IMG/VR virus record: IMGVR_UViG_3300022839_000007
Coordinates: 93,789-157,788 of that record
DNA length: 64,000 nt
Reading direction: 5' to 3' (one strand)
From: a virus
The notes beneath the pieces are model-generated. The model did not search any database. It saw only the letters and a list, made by a program, of their open reading frames with translations, and was not told the origin of the DNA. The position numbers and the translations under genes are program-made. Position 1 is the stretch's first letter, and each line of letters starts with the position of its first letter. Below, piece by piece: positions 57,845-64,000 of the stretch.

Positions 57845-58036
57845 TCAACCAAAAATATATACACCAGAGACAGCCCAAACTGCAAACAGGAGACTTACTT
57901 TCCAGAAGCAAAATTTGCCAGTCTGTATGCCACTTTTTTTGTAAAAATGGCTGTCATTGATACTGACGGCAATAACCAAGAGAATTGCCAAGCTCGCAAA
58001 AGCAAACAAAGCCGATGCTAATATGATACTGAACAT
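57845..58036 (-). CDS. Small membrane protein
   Basis: Two hydrophobic segments; AAGGA SD. Confidence 0.55.
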   Translation of the reverse strand: MFSIILASALFAFASLAILLVIAVSINDSHFYKKSGIQTGKFCFWKVSLLFAVWAVSGVYIFG

Positions 58037-58105
58037 TTATTTATTTCCTTCATCATCTATTGTACTTTGTCAATACATATACGGTGTGTAGTTTGATATT
58101 TATTT

Positions 58106-58612
58106 CTAAAATTGTTCATCTTCTGGAATTAATTTTAGTAGTTCAGCTTCAAATGCCTTAGTAGCTTTCCTACATACTTCCAACACTTCTTCGCGTGTAC
58201 TCTTAGCGCGTGGTGTGGGCTTGTACTTGGGATCGTGCGACCATGCTTCTTGCTCAATTGTAGGCATTGCGCGCATTTTACGAGTTATAGCGATAGAATT
58301 CTCTTTTTCATCATCAGAACCATTACCTGCTTTGACGATCCGACTATACAAAATTTTAAATAGATCACTCATCGCCCAATTCCAATTTTGGCTTTCAACA
58401 GCGTTTTCTTTAGAAATTTCCTGAAAGTCACAATTTGGATCTACATACACTGTCTTGAAGGGGTTATCATATCGGTGAAGCTGTGCAGCAGTCAGAATAG
58501 ACCGCATGTCTCGGTAAGATACACCAGTAATTGTTAAGTTGCCTTCTTTGTCACAAACTACTTTGATATTTTTGAGGTCTTCGAGAGTTTCATCAAGTGG
58601 ATTGATAGACAT
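58106..58612 (-). CDS. Hypothetical protein
   Basis: ORF with SD. Confidence 0.6.
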   Translation of the reverse strand: MSINPLDETLEDLKNIKVVCDKEGNLTITGVSYRDMRSILTAAQLHRYDNPFKTVYVDPNCDFQEISKENAVESQNWNWAMSDLFKILYSRIVKAGNGSDDEKENSIAITRKMRAMPTIEQEAWSHDPKYKPTPRAKSTREEVLEVCRKATKAFEAELLKLIPEDEQF

Positions 58613-58615
58613 ATT

Positions 58616-58804
58616 TTAATTTCCTTTAATTGTATCAAATAGACGAACTAAACTTGTATCATCACAGCTCCATAAGAAATCTTTGACAGCGTTTGCCGCA
58701 GTATGTTGACCTTTAAATGTCAATATAATAGACTCACTATCAAGTGCTTGTTTCATGGTAGATATCTTATCATACTTTTTCATTATGTTTCCTCGCGGTT
58801 TCAT
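58616..58804 (-). CDS. Hypothetical protein
   Basis: GAGGA before internal MKKY. Confidence 0.5.
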   Translation of the reverse strand: MKPRGNIMKKYDKISTMKQALDSESIILTFKGQHTAANAVKDFLWSCDDTSLVRLFDTIKGN

Positions 58805-58847
58805 ACGTTATCAATATAACTACACGAGTCATAAGTCAATAACAATA

Positions 58848-59174
58848 TCACTTTTCTAATATTAATTTTGATAAATCCCAAAGTGTTGCCTTGTAGTCGT
58901 CTAGTTCTACTGAGACCATTGTAACAATCTTATCTGGGGAAGTTTTTGACCATCCCCGCAGCACACGATATTCAATATTTACTTTTGAAACTTTACCGGA
59001 TATTCGCTTTGGTGTGTTTTCTTCTGGAAGCTGAAGATGCTTTGGGTATACAGAAGGCATGTCTAATTAATAGTATACCTCATCACCAACTCTCGGTATG
59101 ATGTTAGAATAAACTGTAACTGACACATCGTCGTCTTTAGCATCATACAGGTGTATACTTGTAGTTTCATTCAT
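58848..59174 (-). pseudogene. Hypothetical gene interrupted by one in-frame TAA
   Basis: MNETT...IPRVGDEVYY*LDMPSV... in one frame; stop at 59067-59069; AGGA SD at 59174. Confidence 0.6.
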
Positions 59175-59193
59175 AAGTAAATCCTATCTAAAT

Positions 59194-59448
59194 TTATACT
59201 ATTTTATAGTCAACATCACTTAATAATTGTGCAACACGAACTAAATTATTAGCCCATGTTCCTTTTATTGTAATATAGTATAAAGTATCTGTGTTGTCAA
59301 GCACTTTTTCAATAGTAAAATCAAATAAAATTTCGTCATCTATTAATAATTTAAAAAAATTACGAATTTGTACTTCATCACGGAAATGAAATTCTAGTTC
59401 CCAATTACACACACTTGCTCGATTTGTAATTTTATCGCTAACAGTCAA
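59194..59448 (-). CDS. Hypothetical protein
   Basis: ORF with SD. Confidence 0.55.
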   Translation of the reverse strand: MTVSDKITNRASVCNWELEFHFRDEVQIRNFFKLLIDDEILFDFTIEKVLDNTDTLYYITIKGTWANNLVRVAQLLSDVDYKIV

Positions 59449-59468
59449 TTTATATAATTTCCTTAACT

Positions 59469-59822
59469 TTATTTTCTATCAAACTTCAATTTTTTAATGT
59501 ATCTATCAACTTCGTCTTTCGTAAGAAACCAATTATGTAGATATGAATCATCTTCTTCTGGCCAAACTTCGCCATCTGGATACTTAAAATGATATAAATT
59601 TAGGTGATCTTCGTTAAATCTTGTAATTCCTTTTTCAGAAAACCAAGACATTCCGCAATGTTCTGCAACCACAATTTCATATTCCCAATGATCTCTGTCA
59701 TATCTATACCATTCAATTCCATCTGCGTCTACCATCGTTAACTTTGCTTTGTTAAATGCATTATTGATTTCTTTGACATTGTATACTTTATCGCCAAGAA
59801 CCATGCTTTCGAAATTTACCAT
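59469..59822 (-). CDS. Hypothetical protein
   Basis: ORF with GAGGGA SD. Confidence 0.6.
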   Translation of the reverse strand: MVNFESMVLGDKVYNVKEINNAFNKAKLTMVDADGIEWYRYDRDHWEYEIVVAEHCGMSWFSEKGITRFNEDHLNLYHFKYPDGEVWPEEDDSYLHNWFLTKDEVDRYIKKLKFDRK

Positions 59823-59852
59823 AATATCCCTCTTTTAGTTAATTTATAGGTG

Positions 59853-60275
59853 TTAAATCGTCGGGTTATACTTTTTTTGTAATTCCAAGAAATGCTCGTA
59901 CTCTGCGCGCTTTTTTGCTTGATCATAGGCATCTTTACGGTACTTTTTTTCTTCAGCCGCAGACTTTTTTCCTTCTTCGTAATTTACCAAATACGATGTT
60001 GGTTCGGCAAAATTTGAAAAACTTAAAGCATATTCTTTTTCCGTGCTTTCTTCTTTACTATATCTATATCTCGTATAGAATATACTGTGAACAGTGATAT
60101 AGTCTTCATCGAATTCAAACCTGTCATATGTATAAATATTATGATACTTCTCGTCGCTGTATTTTTCATCAATTTTTTCAATACTTTTAATGATGTATTC
60201 TGCCTGCTGGGCAATTTTAAAGTATTGTTCTTGGAAATTTTTAATTTCGTTTACGTTCATTTCTCCAAACTCCAT
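59853..60275 (-). CDS. Hypothetical protein
   Basis: Coupled ORF. Confidence 0.55.
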   Translation of the reverse strand: MEFGEMNVNEIKNFQEQYFKIAQQAEYIIKSIEKIDEKYSDEKYHNIYTYDRFEFDEDYITVHSIFYTRYRYSKEESTEKEYALSFSNFAEPTSYLVNYEEGKKSAAEEKKYRKDAYDQAKKRAEYEHFLELQKKYNPTI

Positions 60276-60673
60276 TGTGAATTGTCACGCATTTCTTCAT
60301 AAGCAGCAGCTTTTTCTTGGTAGTAAACTATCAAAGTTGCATTCATTGTAATCTCTTCCTTGGTTAAGCTACCTTCGCCGTTCGTTGCCATTAACATAAG
60401 TGCTTTCAGATGGCAGCTGGTAATTGCATCTTGAAACAGATACCCTACCATAAGGGGGTCTTTGTACTTAATAGTAACAAAGCTTTGTTCTTGGGCGCAA
60501 TGGCTGTTTGCTTTTTGTTTGGCTTCTTCTAATGTGAACCCATGACCCAGAGAAAGATCATCGAAATCTACCAGAAATCCATCATCAAACTTAATTAGAG
60601 TATAGGCACCACTGGAATAATGTGCTCCGCCATTTTCTTCCCATACTATTTCTTTGAACTTTTTTTCTATCAT
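60257..60673 (-). CDS. Hypothetical protein
   Basis: ORF downstream of a TTGACA-N17-TATACA promoter. Confidence 0.55.
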   Translation of the reverse strand: MIEKKFKEIVWEENGGAHYSSGAYTLIKFDDGFLVDFDDLSLGHGFTLEEAKQKANSHCAQEQSFVTIKYKDPLMVGYLFQDAITSCHLKALMLMATNGEGSLTKEEITMNATLIVYYQEKAAAYEEMRDNSQWSLEK

Positions 60674-60746
60674 TTCACTACCTTTGTATTCTATCAGAGT
60701 ACTTATGGTTATGTATAAACTACAGAGTTGTATTTGTCAACAACGT

Positions 60747-61133
60747 TTATACATTATTGTCAGGTTTCCAGAGTTTAGCGTATTTCAAAACATTGGGCAA
60801 TTGAGTGCCGTCTGGATATGGACAAACGATTGCGCAACTTTTTTGCGCACCCAGTGTTGTATTTTCATGGCCCAGATACACATCAGGAAGTGCAGCAATC
60901 TTATCAAATTCTTTTTGGTTTACCCGAACAGTAACCTTCTTGAATGAATTTTCAAGCCAATCAATATACTGAGGATACAAATATATACCCAAATTAGGTA
61001 TACCATCTAGTTTTTTGGAAAAACTAAATTTGACATGGGCACCCAATACAGAATGAGCTACCAAAGTCGGAGTCATGAAGTCTGGCACCTGATCCAATAC
61101 CGCAATATACATTTTAGTCATAATGGGCCTCAA
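60747..61133 (-). CDS. Peptidyl-tRNA hydrolase II (PTH2)-like protein
   Basis: KMYIAV...LVAHSV...W...SFKKVTVRV...AIVCP topology. Confidence 0.6.
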   Translation of the reverse strand: MRPIMTKMYIAVLDQVPDFMTPTLVAHSVLGAHVKFSFSKKLDGIPNLGIYLYPQYIDWLENSFKKVTVRVNQKEFDKIAALPDVYLGHENTTLGAQKSCAIVCPYPDGTQLPNVLKYAKLWKPDNNV

Positions 61134-61321
61134 CTTTCAGATACAATTGTAAAATCATCTAATGACATGGCAGTAGTAAAGTCTCGAAATCTTGAATGTG
61201 AAGTAAATTTTACACCAATTTCAATTTTGTGATTATAGGGGTGTGCTTTGTAGCCCCCGCCTCTACCGTTTGTTGTTATAGTATACAACATGTTATTTTT
61301 TGTATATCGAAATATTTTCAT
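61130..61321 (-). CDS. Hypothetical protein
   Basis: Short ORF with SD. Confidence 0.5.
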   Translation of the reverse strand: MKIFRYTKNNMLYTITTNGRGGGYKAHPYNHKIEIGVKFTSHSRFRDFTTAMSLDDFTIVSES

Positions 61322-61331
61322 AATATCATCC

Positions 61332-61541
61332 TTAGTCTATATAGATGGCATATCCGAGCGATGCTGCTTCATAATATACTTGCACCTCGGAACCGTCGTC
61401 TTGAATCTTATATAACTGCACCGCATGATCGCTTCCTAATAGATCTGACATCTCGCTCTTGATATTTTCCAAGTTATCTGATACATATGGCCTAATAGAT
61501 GCGCCGCCGCCGCCATATCCTTGTGCTTTAATTCTATACAT
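61332..61541 (-). CDS. Hypothetical protein
   Basis: Short ORF with AAGGA SD. Confidence 0.5.
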   Translation of the reverse strand: MYRIKAQGYGGGGASIRPYVSDNLENIKSEMSDLLGSDHAVQLYKIQDDGSEVQVYYEAASLGYAIYID

Positions 61542-61580
61542 TATTTTTCCTTATCTACTAAGTTATATAGTCCCATGCCA

Positions 61581-61877
61581 TTAATAGTTAAAAATTCCGA
61601 ACGGCCAGTTACCTTGTATAACGCCCATAGAATCAAAAACATAAGTTCTCGTTTCTGTGATAATTTCGACATCATTTTTATTGATGTTACCATATTCTAC
61701 TTGCTCACCAAGCATATTGACTAAAGTATCTGAATACACACGAATATTCAGAAAATCATTTGCGTTGACTAATTTCAATACTTTTGCTGCCAAAAGATTT
61801 GGCATCAGATTGAATTGAGTATCTGTATACTCTGTTTTCATATTTGGTTTTGCATTTCCGACATATACAGTAATCAT
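61581..61877 (-). CDS. Hypothetical protein
   Basis: ORF with GAGG SD and an upstream TTGACA-N17-TATAAG promoter. Confidence 0.55.
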   Translation of the reverse strand: MITVYVGNAKPNMKTEYTDTQFNLMPNLLAAKVLKLVNANDFLNIRVYSDTLVNMLGEQVEYGNINKNDVEIITETRTYVFDSMGVIQGNWPFGIFNY

Positions 61878-62128
61878 TTTGAACCTCTTTGTTTACAGTT
61901 TCTTATACAAGATATCTATACCCGTGTCAATCACTTATTATCTTTTAGTAATGCCTATGTTTTAATAAGAGTCGGTCCGATGTTTTCACCTAACATTTTA
62001 ACCGTTTTTACAAGTAGTAACAGAAAACATCTTTGGAATATATGGACAGAAGTATCCGCCGCTACCGTCTTCAAAAATTCCCCACCGTGCGCAGACAGTC
62101 TCACATTCACAAAGCGCCATACTATCAA

Positions 62129-62521
62129 TTACTGACATTTTTTGTTTTCTATTGGAAGTGCTCTAATGTTTACCCATCGTTTTTCGGTAACGGTACCGAG
62201 ATCGTGCGTTACTGTTATAGTTAAGTCGTTAGATGTTGCCCATTCTGTAAGAGTGTACCAAACTGCTTGATAGTCTGCGTTATCCTGAGAAGCATATCTT
62301 ATCCATCGGATAAGATATGGATCGTACACTTTATATAGCGGAACTTTGCCTGTTTCAATACTATCAGTAATATACAGTTTAATATTGTACACCAAACTTT
62401 CTAGTATTGATTTTTCTTTGTGGATTTTTTCCATATCAGCTGCTGCTTGTGCAGCAATTTTTTTGATTTCATCTAACTCTAATTTACGTAGAGTATTTGC
62501 AAGTGTTAATCCTAGCGACAT
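62129..62521 (-). CDS. Hypothetical protein
   Basis: ORF with AAGGAGA SD. Confidence 0.6.
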   Translation of the reverse strand: MSLGLTLANTLRKLELDEIKKIAAQAAADMEKIHKEKSILESLVYNIKLYITDSIETGKVPLYKVYDPYLIRWIRYASQDNADYQAVWYTLTEWATSNDLTITVTHDLGTVTEKRWVNIRALPIENKKCQ

Positions 62522-62522
62522 A

Positions 62523-63563
62523 TTAGTCTTTCTCCTTTAATAGAAATCGATTACTAATTGTTTTAAAGCTGAAAGAAGAGGTATTGCATTTGTAAACAAG
62601 CCCTTCTCGAACAGGTTGATTTAAGCTAGGACCTTCTGCAAACTCTAATCCTTCGTCGATACTAGCTGGTGCATTTCCAACTACATTAATAATAGGAACG
62701 TGAACTAGCCCGTTATCTTTAGCACATTGCTCTCTGCACACTTCAGGAGACAGATACATCTGTTCTTTGATATTATAGATATTAAACACGTACAATTCAT
62801 GCTTTTGGAGTTTTTCTCGATTGCCTTGAATACCAGGGCCCATTACCTCCCCTTGGTATGCAAATCCGTCTACAATATAATCTTTGAGAGACAATGCCAT
62901 AGCAACTAGCGTGTTGTCTTTGTTTTCGTCATTGACTTTTAATTCAAGATTTCGACTGCATACTCTTAGTTCGTGTTCATAACGAAAGATAGTACAGCTA
63001 GTTCCGTCGAGTTTAAGAGAAATTTCATAAGTTGTGTCATTACGAGCTTGTATGTCATCAAAACAGTTTTGAATTCTCTCTTGGTCAGTTTTTGGAATGA
63101 GATTAGTAGGAAATACTCCTCGCACTTGTCCAGCAAGTTGTGGCGAAATTTCAGGTTCCCATTTCTGAATATCCAAAAGTTCAGTAACATCCATGCCTTC
63201 GACTAGCGTAACAGTAACACTATATTCTCCTCGGTTATCCCAAAGCATTACATAAGAGCCTGTAAAATCATTACAAATAGTAAGCAACAATCCCTGACTT
63301 ACTTGTCCGCGTAGTTTTACTGTACGAAGGCGTTCTCCTTTAATTCCGTTATATTCTCTTGGTTCCTTTCCTTTGCTAAGAAAAGGTGCAAGTTCATGCG
63401 GAATCCAGCTATCGGTTTCCAAGTATATAACAAAGTCACCCACAGAAAATTTATCAATTTGATCTACTACCCACCATCCATTAATTCGATAGGCGCAGAT
63501 TGTATCTGCGCCTACAATGGGTTTAATTTCTTTAATACACTGAATTGAGCCTAGCTTACGCAT
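62523..63563 (-). CDS. ATP-dependent RNA ligase, DRB0094 family
   Basis: N-terminal OB-like domain, KTDQERIQN, KLDGTS, CSRN, QGEVMGPGIQGN, REGLV, FKTIS. Confidence 0.9.
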   Translation of the reverse strand: MRKLGSIQCIKEIKPIVGADTICAYRINGWWVVDQIDKFSVGDFVIYLETDSWIPHELAPFLSKGKEPREYNGIKGERLRTVKLRGQVSQGLLLTICNDFTGSYVMLWDNRGEYSVTVTLVEGMDVTELLDIQKWEPEISPQLAGQVRGVFPTNLIPKTDQERIQNCFDDIQARNDTTYEISLKLDGTSCTIFRYEHELRVCSRNLELKVNDENKDNTLVAMALSLKDYIVDGFAYQGEVMGPGIQGNREKLQKHELYVFNIYNIKEQMYLSPEVCREQCAKDNGLVHVPIINVVGNAPASIDEGLEFAEGPSLNQPVREGLVYKCNTSSFSFKTISNRFLLKEKD

Positions 63564-63659
63564 TTTTACATTCCTATTTTATTAGTGACATTACATACAT
63601 AATATGCTAATTGTGCATCAAAGTCAAGCGGAAATATCATTACAAGCATTTGCAAATTA

Positions 63660-64000
63660 CTAAGATCGGTCGCGACATTTCCAGTGTTTAATAAAGTTTT
63701 CTATATAGCAGCGAATATTTTCAGCACCTATTGGGTTCATTGAATGAATAGAATATACAAAGTTTTCGGGAAAGTCAAGATTGTTATCCATAATATATTG
63801 ACAAAGCCATCTTGCAAAAGTATACCCAGTTTTTCCCCCGTCATCGGTAGTATAATGAATGTCTGCCAAATCGTGATCAAAACTAATCTTTGTTGGCAAC
63901 CCATACTGTGTTACACACCATACGGCATCGTCCATAGTACGACAAATAATTAAATCTTTGTATGCACCTAAATCATAGGGAACATCTTCGGGAAATCTCA
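63660..64000 (-). CDS. Cyclic-phosphate-processing receiver-domain protein (5' end outside window)
   Basis: Frame stays open to the window end (RFPEDV...); ISFDHDL, TGYTFARWL, HSMNPIGAENI. Confidence 0.75.
   Translation of the reverse strand, partial: RFPEDVPYDLGAYKDLIICRTMDDAVWCVTQYGLPTKISFDHDLADIHYTTDDGGKTGYTFARWLCQYIMDNNLDFPENFVYSIHSMNPIGAENIRCYIENFIKHWKCRDRS

Noticed and set aside
1-64000. Alternative genetic code (stop-codon reassignment)
   Set aside because: Long genes are intact under code 11, and TAA, TAG and TGA all terminate recognisable proteins at the expected places.

Overview
This is a 64-kb segment of a large, AT-rich, T4-like (myovirus-type) dsDNA phage. A spanin pair and GH19 endolysin point to a Gram-negative host. 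Almost all genes are on the minus strand and use the standard code. From left to right it holds: a partial homing-endonuclease gene; a 7-deazaguanine DNA-modification cluster (TGT/DpdA-type protein, DpdL-like T-fold protein, glycosyltransferase); a sliding clamp and nucleotide-sugar genes; a family-B DNA polymerase broken into three polypeptides by a fingertip split, a 252-nt group I intron and a naturally split intein; a run of late genes sharing an N-terminal MK(I/V)xE(I/V) tag; ClpA, peptide deformylase and DnaJ; a lysis cassette; PhoH, ThyX, clamp loader, exonuclease, MazG-like pyrophosphatase, GroES and a stand-alone DnaE fragment; baseplate and tail-fibre genes; IscA, UV endonuclease, QueD and ClpP; and an accessory region with a two-piece CCA-adding enzyme, a ~500-nt highly structured non-coding element, a pentapeptide protein and RNA-repair genes. 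The strongest leads are the multiply fractured polymerase, the split CCA enzyme, the structured ncRNA candidate, the putative capsid-targeting-tag cluster and late promoters positioned to give leaderless mRNAs. All assignments come from motif recognition by eye; no database searches were run.
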